DNA of 64,000 nt from Hydrolagus affinis (lineage: Eukaryota). The notes under the pieces are model-generated. The model did not search any database. It was not told the DNA's origin and was given only the letters and a program-made list of their open reading frames with translations. Shown piece by piece: positions 23,621-37,636 of the stretch. Each line of letters opens with the position of its first letter. Positions within the stretch are counted from its first letter, which is position 1. Where the stretch lies: positions 186,001 to 250,000 of the forward strand of contig JAAILG010000005.1 of the NCBI GenBank assembly GCA_012026655.1. The letters are read 5' to 3'. Made by a program: the position numbers and the translations under genes.

Positions 23621-25379
23621 GGACATCATTTTTTAAAAATAAAACAGAAAGGATTTGTTTAAAGCAGCCATGAATTGCATTTTCACATCTCGTTGATTCC
23701 TGAAACAAAAAGCACAACTGTTTTGACAGCAGGAGGAAACATTTCTTCAATTTTCAGTAAACATATTTACATTTCCAGAGAGCGGTTTACGTGGTGGGGT
23801 GGGGTGGGGGGGGGGAATACTGGTTGATCAAAGAATCAACACTCTGCTTGGATCTGGATTTCTGAAACCTCCAGTTACTGGACAGCAGAAATGTCTCAGT
23901 ATTGCAGAGTTCTTAAGCTTACCTTATCTCCCATTATATTTTAATGATAGAAAATTGGAAGGATTGGACAGTAGTTGTACAGATCCAGCTCACGAATTGT
24001 CCTTTATACTTTCACTCAAAGGACAATTCTTTCCACAAGTCTTGTGCTAAGTGAATGTTTCTTCCTGTGTGTAGCCCTTCGTGCCATGTAAACTACTTGA
24101 AGAACTTGGGTGATAACGTTGCCAGCAAGAGCTAAATGCAGGGCATAGAATGATATTCTAAAATGCTTGTTGGTGTTAATTCATAATTTAGGCTTAAGTC
24201 ACTAAATTATTAGACTCTAGAATTTTTCTGAGCTGTTTTGACTCCTCGTAAAAAATAATTTTATCTCACGATGACCTCCATGAAGAGGATAGCTTTAATC
24301 CAATTTATACTTCAATTTCAGAAATGTTTAAGTATACAAACACTGATGAAGTCTGAACCTGTGTCCAAATAAGTAGGAAAACCCACCCCTATTGAATGAT
24401 TCAATGTAAATTGCTACACAGAGTCAGTCTAATATGTTTATCCTGCTGGAGCTTGCAGTAGCCAGGCAACAGAGACCCTAATAGTGCCATCTGACATCAC
24501 CTCATTGGGAGAAACTCTACGTCTTAAAACTACGCAGGCATGTATAGTCTGTTATCTGTAACTGGAGCTTTCCTGCCATGAGGCCCACCTCTTACTTATC
24601 CTGAGCGGCAACACACATAGTCCCAGATTGATCTTAAGCAGAGTCATTCCAAGATACATCTCTTAACAGTGAATAAATGTAACACTTTTGAAGGAGAGCT
24701 ATCTTCAATAGCTTATAAACACACGCAATAAGTCAATTCATTGCCATATTTCATAGAGACCCGTGTGGTTTTTTATTGTATCAATATACTTGACGTTCTG
24801 CATGATCAGAAACTCCAAACAAATAATTAATTTGAAGACTAGCTAGAACAATAATCTAAATAAATATATTACAACATTGTTTCAATATACAGTACTGTAT
24901 GTTGTTTCCATTCTATTCATATCATCTACCCAGATTGTTTTTCAATCTAAAAAACTCATCCTATTCTTCCTCAACTCAATGAACTATACAGTAGTTGCAC
25001 CTGAGGCAACTTTCTCTTAGTACATCTACTCTCAGATGATTGCTCAATGATGCCTGGTGATGTCTCTCTAAGTTTTCTTTGCAAAGATCTGCCTAGCCTC
25101 CACTTAATGCATAGAAATTCTAAGATTTAGTCATGTTTTTGGAGCAAAAATACAAGAGCAGCAGATGGAAATGCAAAAAACACAACATTAACAACAACTT
25201 GCACTTATATAGTGCCCTCCACATATAGAATTTTGACTTTTATATACTCGCTGATACTGAGTAGAAACATATCAAATGCAAATGTTGCAGTTATCAAACC
25301 ATCACACATACACAATTGTTCAAGATTTGTAACTCACCTGTGCCTTTCCACGAACTAGATTGCTGGTCTGTGAGAAGGC

Positions 25380-25870
25380 TGATCACTTACATGCACACAG
25401 CCAGAAATTATGGCAGCAGCGCATTTGGCAGCATCCATTTAGCGAAAAATAGACCAATACCAAATGATGGTTTGCTGTTAAATATTAACCCATTCATGAG
25501 CTTACTTGGTGAATCACTATTAACCTAATTAGAAATGTTATAATGGCATTTAAATTTAATGTCATCCCAGCTATGCACTGCTCATTGATTGTTTATCAAT
25601 TTTCCCCTAGTGAAAGGGTTAAATAAAGAAATGTATGAATGCCCTGATAGATCATGTTACCAGCCATTGAAATTCCTCCAATAAACCTCTTCTTAATTTA
25701 TGGATATTCAATTAGCTGTTGTTCCTAATAACCAAATTTACTTTCCAATTGATAACTGTTTCCATGCGTCTCCCTCTCATATAGTCTGGAGAAGAGATCA
25801 GTTATCTGTAGCAGGATCAGGAGGCAGTACTTGCTAATTCATCTGGAGAGACAGTATTTTGCACACTTCA
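25380..25870. promoter_or_regulatory. Candidate conserved non-coding element/enhancer
   Basis: Repeat-free block dense in homeodomain (CTAATTAG, TTTATGG, CAATTA), forkhead (TGTTTAT) and GATA-like motifs, upstream of a developmental gene. Inference only. Confidence 0.45.
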
Positions 25871-28800
25871 TCTTGCACGCTGGCTGACAAGTGATGCAGG
25901 CTACCGTGCAGTGCTGGGCGCAGTGAAGAGTATGGAACGAAGCTGACTCATGCCTACAATCCCTAGAGGTAAGAAAAGAACATCATGACCACTGAGTTTG
26001 GAGGCCACTTTACAAAGTACGTCTTGTTCTCGTGGTGTATGAATGGTTCGAAAACAATTTTGAGACAAAAAAACAATCTCGATAATGTAGCTGGAGGCTC
26101 TTTTTAATAGTTTGCATGGAAATATTTGTTCCAAAAAAAAATCATTGTCTTTGCACTTTTGTTTCTGTGACTTTGCCTTCCGCACTTTGGCAATCTTTCC
26201 AAACCAAGTTGACTGATAGACATTGGCATTTTAACTCACTGAGAGATGCTTTATTATAGCTTAACTCCCCTTTCTCCCTACATCCCATCACCCCACTCCC
26301 TACCTGGGGCACTATGGATGATCTAAGAGGCCTTACTGTTGCCCAGGCTGAGATCAATGATTCAATGCAGATTACAATTCAAACATGCAATTGTGGTCTG
26401 TGTATCTCAGCACTGTACAGCTTTAACAACTAGGGACATTGGGGATATTTAGCAATTTTCTTTAAAATCCACTTCTCATTACCTCTAAAAGAAGATAGAT
26501 TCATAGATTCACCAGTTTGGTAACATTTAATTGTTTTGTTAATCTCCGAAGTATCATAATATTTTGCAGTCATCCATTAAGCTTTTTAGTGAGATGGTTT
26601 AGCAGTTGAGAGCTTGTCATTGTGCTGTTAACACTGAGCACTGGAATCTGAGCAAGCTTTTCCCCAGCTAAAGAAACAGAAAATTCAGCTGTGATAGAAG
26701 TTTGCGAGTTCTGCTGACATAAATTAAGCTGATATCATCACCATCAGAGGCCTATAAAACTGATTTATTATAAATACTGTTCTCATTTGTTTACAGCTTA
26801 AATTCTTTGGTTCTGGGCAATTAGCACATCAGCCATCTCTCAAAGTGACAGGTGCTTAAAATGTAGGTTACAAAAGCTTTTGGAGGCAAAAAAAAGACTG
26901 AAGGAGGATGGGAAATCAAATACATTTTGAAAAAAAACCTGCTGATACCTCCACTGTTGAAACATTTATAGCACACGACTACACACACCTATATGCTTAC
27001 ATATGTAGCTCAAGATCAGAAGTAAAGTCAAGGATGTAAAGTAGGTCATTTAGCCCATTGAAGGTCAGTCTTCTAGTACAGTAATTCTTCCATCAAACAA
27101 ATGATTTGTACTTTGAGTAACCCCCAATATTTTTGCCATCGTCAATTTGCTTGTAGATTATTCTAAACACTTATCTCTCCTTGAGCAAACTTATTTTCCT
27201 GACATCTGTTCTAAATTGAGATTTCACTCACTTCCTTTTTGTGCTCTGGCTCTCTGGAAGAAGCAAGTCCCTTACCATCTCTCTTTGTTTCAAAAAGAGT
27301 TTGTGTGTCTGTGTGTGGTTGTTGGGTGGGGGGTGAGAGGGGAGGAGCAGGATGGGAGAGGGGAATGTCGGACAAGTCAAAATGTAAAAGAACTGCCTTA
27401 CTTTTGAGGACTGTACCACTTTTAAAAAGATTTGTACATGCGCACACATATACAAACACTCCCTTTCCAGTTGTGCAAGGGCCGGCTGAGGTTGAACTCG
27501 AGAGATAAAGATCATTTGGTAACTGGTACTCAGCCCATAATGTTGTTTAAAATAAACTGAGTTTCAGTGGAGTTATGAAAGATTATTTTTTCATAAGACA
27601 AAGGAATTTAGTGAAGGCTTGAAATCAGTCGGCTTTTCCTGTCACTTTGTTTTGATTGTGAGGCCACCTTATACTGTACCCCAAGTACATGCACATCTTA
27701 TTTATTCAGCTGGATCCATCGGGCCTGTGCTTCTTGTCTGATCCAACATATAAACAGATTTAGCAAGTGGTTGCTTTTTTTTTCTCCTCCCAGTGAGATT
27801 GCCACTTAGGAAAGAGTGTGCGAGAATTAATGGAAGGGCAAAAATTCCACTTTAGAGCCAGCCCTGATGGGAACCACATTGCCATTCACTAAAAATGTGG
27901 AGAAAAAGGTGATGGTTTCTAAAAGAAGTTGACAGTTATTTGACCTCAGGTCTATTATCTCATTATCAAACCTATGAATATGAAACATCTGTGCTAAGAT
28001 TTGGAAATCATATTCCTTTCAATCAGAAACTAATCATATAACTAGTGTAGAATTGAATTGTGACCCAAATCTGAGACACATACCTTTCCCCCCCTCAGCT
28101 GTTTAAAACACAGTTTTGCTTTTTAACTGTTTTATGAAAGTGATAGAAGCTGAAACAATCTTGAGCTGCGAAGAGAGGAACATTCATCATTGAACATGGG
28201 TGCAGTGTTGAACCACACAGATCAGCATGGTCTGAGACTGGGTCCACAGTTTTGGTTACATTAGTCATTCACAGTAAGTGCAGTTGGTGCATTAATGGTC
28301 TCAGTATCTTTAGGTTACAGATGGGGATTCCACCAAGGCTGTTCTCGATTACTGCTAGGTAAACTGTGCTGGATAATATGCATTTGAAGACAACTGGATG
28401 ATCTTACTCGGGTGATGCCAGGAAGAATCTCAGCTGTGATACCATGCCTCTCGCATTCACTTGCTTTGAGACTCATCCTGTAAGTTAATACATGAAGATT
28501 GGTCTCTTGAGCTACAACCCAGTTCTTTGCCTTCAGGAGAACAGAGCAAATAATACAAAGAAAATGCAACTTCGTTCACAGGTAGCAGACCATTTCGAAA
28601 AGGAAGACTGACCGTTGGTACTCTTCCTAAAATGAACTGCAGTATTAAAATTAATTATCTTTTGAGAGCTTTTGCTTCTTCCTTCAGTATTTCTGTAGAC
28701 CTTTATGAATACATTTAAACATGAAAAGCTGATGACATTGCCGTGGAAACTGGATTGTAAGAGATTCTGAGTATGAAAGTGTGAGGGAGTGGAGCTGTCA

Positions 28801-31800
28801 AGTCTTTAAAGTCAGTTGCCGACGAACCTGCAAGTTAATGATTGTATGTTCACTGACATTAACTCAAATTCCCTCACGCTGTCAGCAGCTCCTCCAAATC
28901 AGGTCCCTACATGATATCATTAGCGCTCCCTGTTCAAACAAACCGATTCAGAAACACTCAGAAATGCACGGGGAAACAAAGGGAAAATTACAATTAAGAA
29001 TAATTCATTTTAAAGGCTTGATTCTTTAAAAGCCACCCACCCCCACAACCCACATTCACACAAATAAAACCCCCTATTACCTAGATTAACCATTTATGTT
29101 GATTTAGTGGGTATCTTGTTACTGCATGAAATACTCCAACATGTTTTGCGGAGTAAAACATTTTATCGGATCAAAATCATATTAACATTTACATGACATT
29201 TTGGCAAAACAATGTGGAAACATCAGGTCGTATTTCCTCAACCACAATTCCTTTTTCAAAATTCTGTTTTTCATTTATTAAAATTGTCGAATGTGTACTG
29301 GAATACCCTTGAGACTGAGGTTCATTGTCTGACTTGGAAAAAAAATTGCAAAACTCATAAGCACAGCAAACAAGAGAAAATCAAAATACAAGTGCTTATC
29401 GTTGTTACATTATGACTACAACATGTTTGAAGAGCACAGATAAATTAAACACAACTCAATCGGTTGCCTATCACATACTTTTGAATGCAGCAGACTTTAA
29501 TCCACCCACTCCCCATTTAATGTATTTCAGATGCTTATAGACCTTCCAGCATTTATTTCTGTGTATCTTCACATTTCAGATCTCCATCTCACTGTCTCGT
29601 ATTGAAATACATTATTACACTGATCACTGGGCAAACAAATAACCTTGTGGCTATATTACATATTTGCACAGGTGAAATTTTTCCTCCTTTGACCCCACAC
29701 TTTCTGTGGGGCTAGACAAAAAATCAAATCAAAACACATGACTTTGGCATTCTGCACACATGTACTCAAAACCATTGCAAGATTGTTGCGCAACCCAGCA
29801 ATATTAAAAAAATGTTCTGTTCAGTCTTTCAAGAGGCTGTCAGAGTGCTTTCAACAGACTTGGGCGAGCAAGCCTAGTGCAATGCACCCGCCAGATTTAT
29901 ATAACAATAAACTCTGGATAACTCAACCCTGGTTTCACTTGTAACTACCACTTAAGTTGCCATGTTCTCAGTATCCTGCCTTCTTTCCATGCAAACTGTT
30001 AGTAAGGGAGTTCACTTTATTGCTTAACTCGTAATCGATTGCATTCTGGAAATTCTTATAAGCATTTACAATATAAATTAATTGGAGAACTGGTCCTATA
30101 ACAACAACAAAATTACATTTGTATACCGACTTTCATGTTGGGAGGGAGGATGTCCCAAAGCACTGGCTGGACAGACAGTATTTTTGAATAGTATTTTTTA
30201 ATTAGTCAGTATTTTTTTTAATAAGATGAAGTCTTGCATTGCAGAGGCAATCTGAATATGTGCCCCCAACCTCTGCTGAGCAAACACACAAAGTCACAGT
30301 GCCCCCTTATGCCCAGGAAGACCTATGCATAACTCGCAATTCCAGATAACTATTTGCTGAACTCTTTTCCATTGGAGGGACAAGTTATTCCAGAATTTAC
30401 TATATGTGAATGCAAATTGCATTGCTGCCGATATCATCACCTGGTGGTGTTAGGGTAGGACTCCAGAGTGAATTATGTAGTTTGAACCTCACTTTATCCT
30501 GTACAAAAAAGGAGGGTAAATTGCTACCAAGCATGAATTGTAAACACACAACGTGAGAAAGTATTCGAAATGAAAGCTCTACTTCCCTGTGGGTTATATT
30601 TTCATAAAATACCAGTGGACAAAATTTGAAGGTAATAATCTTAAATACAAGTTTAACTCCCAACAGTAGTCAGGTATGAACTTTCTGTTTTATTGTTCTT
30701 AGTCTCTAACAGTGGTACTATTGACTGAAACAAAAGACAGAAGGGGCGAAAGGAGATAAATGATGAAGCATTATACAAAAGCGGGATTACAAATGACAAA
30801 GGAATTAAATGGTTTAGTTATTACCTTAATATAGACAGCTCCATTGTGCTGCTGCAATTGCCTAAGGCGGTTCATAGTCATCAAATTCCATACTTTTATT
30901 GAGTACTGATTGTAGAAACGTAATGCGAAGCTTATAAATATAGACTCTGATGTCTGCATCATTTTACAATTCAGTATTCTTGTCCAATATGTGTTCTTTT
31001 GTATGAAAGAAAGCTTGCATTTATACTATGCTTTAACCCACAGTCGATTCAACACAAGCCTTTTATTTTCCCTTCGTGTTACAAAAAGATGATCACCTGA
31101 GTCAAGCTGGACTTTGGACATTTCCATTAAACTTTGCTAAAAACATAGAACCTGTGGTCCTCTTCCTGATAGTTTCCTGCACTGGTTTAAAAGTAGTTAC
31201 CTGCTTCAGGTGCCTCTTTGTTTCACATCAATGTCTACATTCCACCCAAAAAAACAGATGACCCAAAGTAAAAATGTTGTAACTGTATTACTCCACAACC
31301 CTTCACAGTGCTAGCACCAACACAGTCTCTTACAAGCTGCTGCATGCGCTCATTAACTGCAGCAAATACTGTACTATGTATGCTATGCAGATGGAAGCCT
31401 TTAAATGAAAAGCAGCATCTTTCAGTGATGTAAACAAAGCAGTTTAGACTATGCCAAGAGGAGATAAATGCACATTTCAGTACTTAAACACAAACAGGTG
31501 ATCAAGATCGTTGCAATTTATCTCAGCCTACAAGGTTTAGGATCAATTTAAGTTTTTCCATAGTTTGTATTTATATATTTAGAAATATAAAAGCTATTAT
31601 TTTGTCATTATGCTACTTTGCTAGTTCCGTGAATCATTGAAACTGCAGACATATAAAGATTGTGAAGTTGGTGGTTCAATAGCATTATTAAGACACCCAA
31701 ATAGGAGTTAATGCCTCCAATTCCCACTATATTACTGCAGTCCAATGTCAGCCTCGTGAGTTATCCTCGTGAGGAAATTCAGGACTGAGCTTAAACTATT

Positions 31801-32477
31801 TTTTCCCCTTGGAAAATCAACTTTTACAAATTTCCTGGTAAGTTAATGTCTCCACCACTGCATTGGATTTCAAAATCCATACCATTAACTGAATTATCAG
31901 CTGCCTTAGAAACCTATGATACTTATTGCAGGTGCATCAGCATAGATCATTGCCAATTCATTCATTCTAATAACATTGCACTTCTCACAATCTGGATTCA
32001 GTAATAAATGGATTGTGATCCCATTGGACTATAATTGGTTTCCTTGCTTTGCTCAGACCAATGCAAACAAGCTATTGTTTTTTCAGGTTTTTGTCATTAA
32101 AAGTGCGAGCGAAGAATGTTGAAAGAACATTTCAAAGAAATGGTACTAAAATCCACATGAGAGTCTTTCATTCCAAAGGAAGTACAGTAGTTCTGGCTTC
32201 TAAAGAGACTAACAATCTAATTGAATGGTATAAACTTTGAAACATTCAATAAATAAAGAAGTGGAGAGTCAGGTTCATGGAGGTACAAGCTCATTAGAAA
32301 AATTCACAGAAGCCAGTTTTCAGAAGAGATCCTGCAAGCACTTGTGGACACTGTAATGGAGCAACGTTGGCAAGATATTTATTGGGAAGGGATGTAATCT
32401 AACATGCAAAGACAAGAAGTGTGGAACCATATGGTAGAAAGAGACAATGATGCTCCCCTTAGTACTTTGTGAGCATA

Positions 32478-32725
32478 GGGTAGGAAATCAGTTGTTAGTG
32501 GATTGGTTGATCGCTTTTCCGGGGGGTAATAATTCCTACAAATAAATAATAAATTGGTCACTCAATCCATGACTATTTGTGGGACACTGCTACGTGCAAT
32601 TGGCTGCCACTTTTCGCCCACAAAATATACAGTCAATTCACTTTACAGTATATTTTGTGAAGTGCTTTGAGACATCACAAAGACTTGTTAAGGCGTAATA
32701 TAAAATGCAAAGATTATTATTATAT
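32478..32725 (+). mobile_element. tRNA-derived SINE 3' two-thirds, long variant
   Basis: Matches 18470-18715. Confidence 0.85.
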
Positions 32726-35700
32726 TTATGCCCTCTGGGGGAAGAAACAAATCTTTGCACTATTGACTTCTCTCTACTGTAATAGTGATACTTCAAAATC
32801 TTCCTCTTCATTCAGCTCACTACATTGGGAGTGACCTTTTGTTAAGCATGCATTTTCAATGAGCCCACTGAGCCACACAAGACACAATAATCTTCACAGT
32901 CTAAATTGTCTCTTTTTCGAGTGCCTTGCATTCTAGCTTCCGAGGGATAAGAATGCTAAACGTGGACAATCGGTCCACAGGCGCAATCTTCTGACATTCC
33001 ATCTGGTTACGCACATCTGCATTGCTGCAAAAAAATTAGCAACCACAGGAATGTCTGGCTCCTTGTGCAAACAACAGATCTGCACAAGATATCAGCAACA
33101 GTTTGCATTTTAACTGATGAAACACTTGTTACCTGTACGCGAGCAGTGAGGATTTTAATCTCAATCTAAATTGCAGGTAGTGTGGAAGCAACAGTCAACT
33201 ACTGTGAGTAGCTCTCGCTACCATATGAATTAGTGATTCCTTGACCAATAGGAGGTGTTTATATTTCTGTTCCCTTGTGCCAGTGGATAAGCATATCAGT
33301 GCTCTTCATTACACTACATGAGTCACTCTATTATTAGTGCGCTTTATAATCAATCTTTATGGCTGCAAATTGCATACCTTAGTTGATGGAAAATAACAAA
33401 GGCGCAAGTGTGTGTGACACTTTCTATCTTATCTTATATAATTGATTCATTGTCTTTTAGCTGCACAAGAGCACAATCAGAGGCCCCAGATTTACCTCTG
33501 GGTGTCAGGATTCAAAACAAAACTATCATCTTGGCTTAGTATGCATCAGTGGTCAGTGGCAATGTGCCATTAATTTGACATATAAAATGTACGCTGAGCT
33601 TGGTTATGTGGGGCAGGAATATATTCCAAGAATCTGTCAAGTAAAATTCAAACATTTCCTGGTGCAGGGCTGGAAATACTCCAGAATTAACCATTCTTAA
33701 AGTGATAAGTGTCAGTAATAACTTTGCAGAATAGTACTGTATGTGTTATTGCTTACAACACATAGCTGAATTAATTTGTTTCTTGAATTTTCACATACCA
33801 AACATCATTTTTGGTTCACATGGATGAACCAGGCCAAAGCATATTCCAGCGATCCCCACACCATCTAAATTCAGATGGGACATCTTCCATCAAGGTACAT
33901 CGTCTCTTTGCAGTGAAGCAGCTGAGACAGAAAATTCAACATAAATTATACCAACAAGCCCATTAATCCTCAACACCACCAGCCACATGATTATTAGTGT
34001 ATTGCAGCGCCAATTGCTTTGCCACTTTGCAAACATTACCTTTTGTTTAAAAGCATATTTTTCTACGCTTCACTTATTTATTGTGTGAGAAGGTGAGCAA
34101 GTAACTTTTGTCCTGGCTTCTGTAAATGCCATATCAATGACTGTCTGCTAAGAAGTGTGAAAACATTGGCCAACTGTTTCTCCCTTTGACGTTCTCTCCA
34201 TTGCTGGTGGCAAATTCCTGACTTATGATCAATGCTCCCATGTCTCCTCACTGCACAACAGACAAGTAGAACAATTCATCATGTGAAGAATCCTGTTGCA
34301 TGGACTATGTACTGTACTACCATGTGATTTAATGCTCAACAATGGGCCTGGTTGTTTAGTAAGTCATTATGTGGCTGGTGGTGTTATGAGGAATATTAGA
34401 CCCAGTTACAATACTGTGATAAAGATTCTTAACTCTAGTGGTTTAATGTGAGTCACAATGGTTTAATAAGTATTGCCCTTATAATTTAAAATCACTTTGA
34501 TTAAAGTGATCCCATGTTGTCTTCAAATCATTCCGCTCCCCTGAATTTTTCACTCCTATTATAATGCCTTTTCAGATTGCTGGACTCTTCTAAGCATATG
34601 TTCCAAATCTGGTGTATAACAACACTTTATAGATTACTGTCCAGTACTGGCATTTACAATATACGCATGTTAGTACTGTAAGGCAGTACATAAAATGTTG
34701 TCATCCACCGGCAGTTAGCATTAAACATCAGGACCAACAGTAAAATGTTATACAATACTTTGGGGAGCATCATGTGGTAATTTCAATCATACTTCATGAG
34801 ACTTGTGTTATACCATTTCCCGCTGTTATGAAGTGGGTTTTGGCTGGTTCTCAAAAACACCAGATTAAAATTAAGGTTTTACTATACACCCCCCGTTCTG
34901 AATTATTACATTTTGGCAAATTCTCGAACATCAGTTATGTTAGAAAATTTACTTCAGCAGTTAAAATACTGATGCATAATATGGTCATTGCAAACTTCCT
35001 GCAATTATTACATTGACTGCTATTGTATTTGGCCCTGAAATTCTGTCCAGTCCTGCTCTTAACAAAAGATTTCAGGCAAAACTAAATAATATCAAAATCG
35101 TGCATTTAGATTAGTTCAAAAATACTCTGAGTATGAAACATTATTGCAGACTAATGTTCATTTCTACTACAGTTTTTTTTAGCTCAGACAACTGATATAC
35201 CAGCTCTAGTATTTTATAAATTTGTCTTTCAATTCCTGAAGTGCAAGAGAAAGTAATCATAGGTCAGGTTTGTGACTTTCACAGATGTAATTGTACAAGA
35301 GTTCTTCTTTCAGGACTGAATTCCCCGGTGTTCAAATGTAAATATTGAATTACATATTTTTCTGCCACATTCAACTTTATTTATTTGGATAGAAGTCATT
35401 TGCCACAACTATTGGCAGGCAATATACATTAGCTAAACATTTTAGAACCATTATAATGCACAAATGACAGGATATAGCTCTGAACTATGAAGAAACTGGC
35501 AGAATTTCACTTCATTAAGAAGAAGCTGAGAAAGGGCAAATGATGAAAGACACAGAAAGAGAAAAATGTGTTTCATATTATGTTTGTAGTCCTTTTATTA
35601 ACATCTTTGGTAAATAAAATATCCATACCCCCTGAAAATCACATATGAAACCCTCGGTCTTCATCTTAGATGTACATATTCCAGCTTAGCTATAAATGGC

Positions 35701-35789
35701 ATGATTCCCCAAAAGACTTAGGGCAGTTAAACGTGTTTTGAACATGTACCCAATCTGTACAACCCACCTTGAGAAGGGCAGTTGCTATA

Positions 35790-36020
35790 GATAACCTCTG
35801 CAACCCCTAGCCTTTGGAATTCTCTCCCTCGGTCCCACTGTCTCGCCCCCTTTATATCTTTCTTCACATCCAGCTCTAAAGCTTAACTCGATGGTGTCTA
35901 TGGTCTCCTCCTTCCCACCTCGCCCTTCCCCACCTGCTCAGTGTCTACATTTCCATTGTAAAGTATTCCGAGACCTTATTCTACTATAAGGGGACTATAA
36001 TAAATGCAAGTTGTTGTCAG
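35790..36020 (+). mobile_element. Old L2 3' fragment
   Basis: ctttggaattctctccctc...ctataataaatgcaagttgttg. Confidence 0.6.
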
Positions 36021-36771
36021 CGTTGTTGTTGAGATTGTGGGATTGTTGAAAACCATGCTCACTCACCTAAATGTTGCCTGAAATTCAAGGTTATGTTCGA
36101 ACTAGTCGTTTGAAATGTGGCCTTCAAGTCAACTGAATCAAAACAGGTACAAGGAAAGCTTAAACGTCATCTGTAGAAGCTTGGGCCTAGTTTCACTCCC
36201 GCTGGGAGTGAAAAAGTAATTGCTTACTGAAGAACTGTTGGTGCTTCACCCCGCTCATCCATTTCAACATCTGCTGTGAACCAGTCTTCGCATGTAATAC
36301 TGATACAAGTGTGAGGAATCCTGAAGAAATCAACACCACTCATAATTTCAATATTCCATACATCAAATGCACGTATAATGTTGCTCTTTTCAGCAGGTTC
36401 AAAAGTAAAGTAGTCTTTTGCTCCTGGACTCAGTAATGTGCTGGGAAGACAACTGGACTCGAAGACTCCATTCTTCTCAAGGCTGCCTATCTTCTCCACA
36501 CTGGAGAAATGTAATCAGGCTGTCAGTCTGTTCAGAGATTTTGAAAAGAGCGAGCAGCACCTTGAGCGTAGCTAATCCATGAGCAGCACTTTTCTGTTTA
36601 TGCTGGGAAAACAGAACCTTCTATCGGCTCGTCGATAGTTTAAATGGCATGTTCACAGCACAGGATAAAACAGAGCCGTACAGAACAGAATATCCTAGGT
36701 TTATTGCTTGATGGGAGTTTAGTATTTGAAGCTCATTTTGTACTACAAAGCCGTTTGCCAATCTAGGTGGC

Positions 36772-36975
36772 ATAATAATAATAATAATCCTTGGCATTTT
36801 GCTACAGCGTTTTTCATGTCTTCTAGACGTCTCAAAGCACTTCACAGAATGTACTGTAAAGTGAATTGATTGTATATTTGTGGGCGAAACGCAGCAGCCA
36901 ATTGCACACAGCAGTGTCCCACAAACAGTAATGGATTGAAACAACCAATTTTATTATTGTGGTTTTTTTGGGAGG
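36772..36975 (-). mobile_element. tRNA-derived SINE 3' half
   Basis: Close match to 20895-21060. Confidence 0.88.
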
Positions 36976-37319
36976 AGTTATAATATAGTTGTGTGGAAGA
37001 TATAGGGGTGTCAGTGTAGTTTCCCGGGTTGTAAAACATCAAAAAAGGTGACAGGCACATTTGAATGTATATTTTTAAAAAATCATGCAACGCCTACATT
37101 TATTAGTAAAGGTAGCTACTGTGTGAATCTAGTACTGAAGGTCTTGTTTTGACCTTTGTTAGCCTGCTAATAAATGACCTGAGCTACAACCAAAGCATAA
37201 ATTCAGTAGGGTTTTGACAACCACTGTAAGCTGAATTCGATAAGATGCAACAAGTATTTTAAGAGACTGAGGAATGTGACATACCCAGCACTTATGGAGA
37301 TGTTCTCTCCTCTAAAATC

Positions 37320-37636
37320 CTATCTAGGTGATAGGCGAGGTTGTGCCTGCTTTTATCTTTACTTAAGTGTACAAACTGCAGAAGATCAAGTGGCCCTCAC
37401 AGTCACCACTCGTTAGAAGATTATGTTCCCGCGTGATAAGCAGAAAGTCGGAAATTAGTTATCAATTCGGAAGTGATAGCTGTGTTTATCATGAGTGTTG
37501 GAAATCCTATCAGGGACACAATCTGAAAACAGTTGCGTTTTCCAATGGGGGAGAACCAAACCTTTTTGAAACCAAGGGAGCATTTCATTATAAGACTATT
37601 CAAAGTCCCTTGCTCTTTGGCAAGGTGCTGTTATCT
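37320..37636. promoter_or_regulatory. GATA/ETS motif cluster, candidate enhancer
   Basis: Nine WGATAR sites, five of them within 37434-37512, plus CGGAAGT at 37468-37474. Confidence 0.45.

Noticed and set aside
22891-25338. Consensus minus-strand splice donors at 22890 and 25337
   Set aside because: Such motifs occur by chance in 60 kb, and there is no coherent frame or supporting exon chain.
36191-36213. Hairpin tttcactccc-gct-gggagtgaaa followed by an A run, resembling a terminator
   Set aside because: The context is eukaryotic. A 10-bp stem could be chance or a collapsed MITE remnant.
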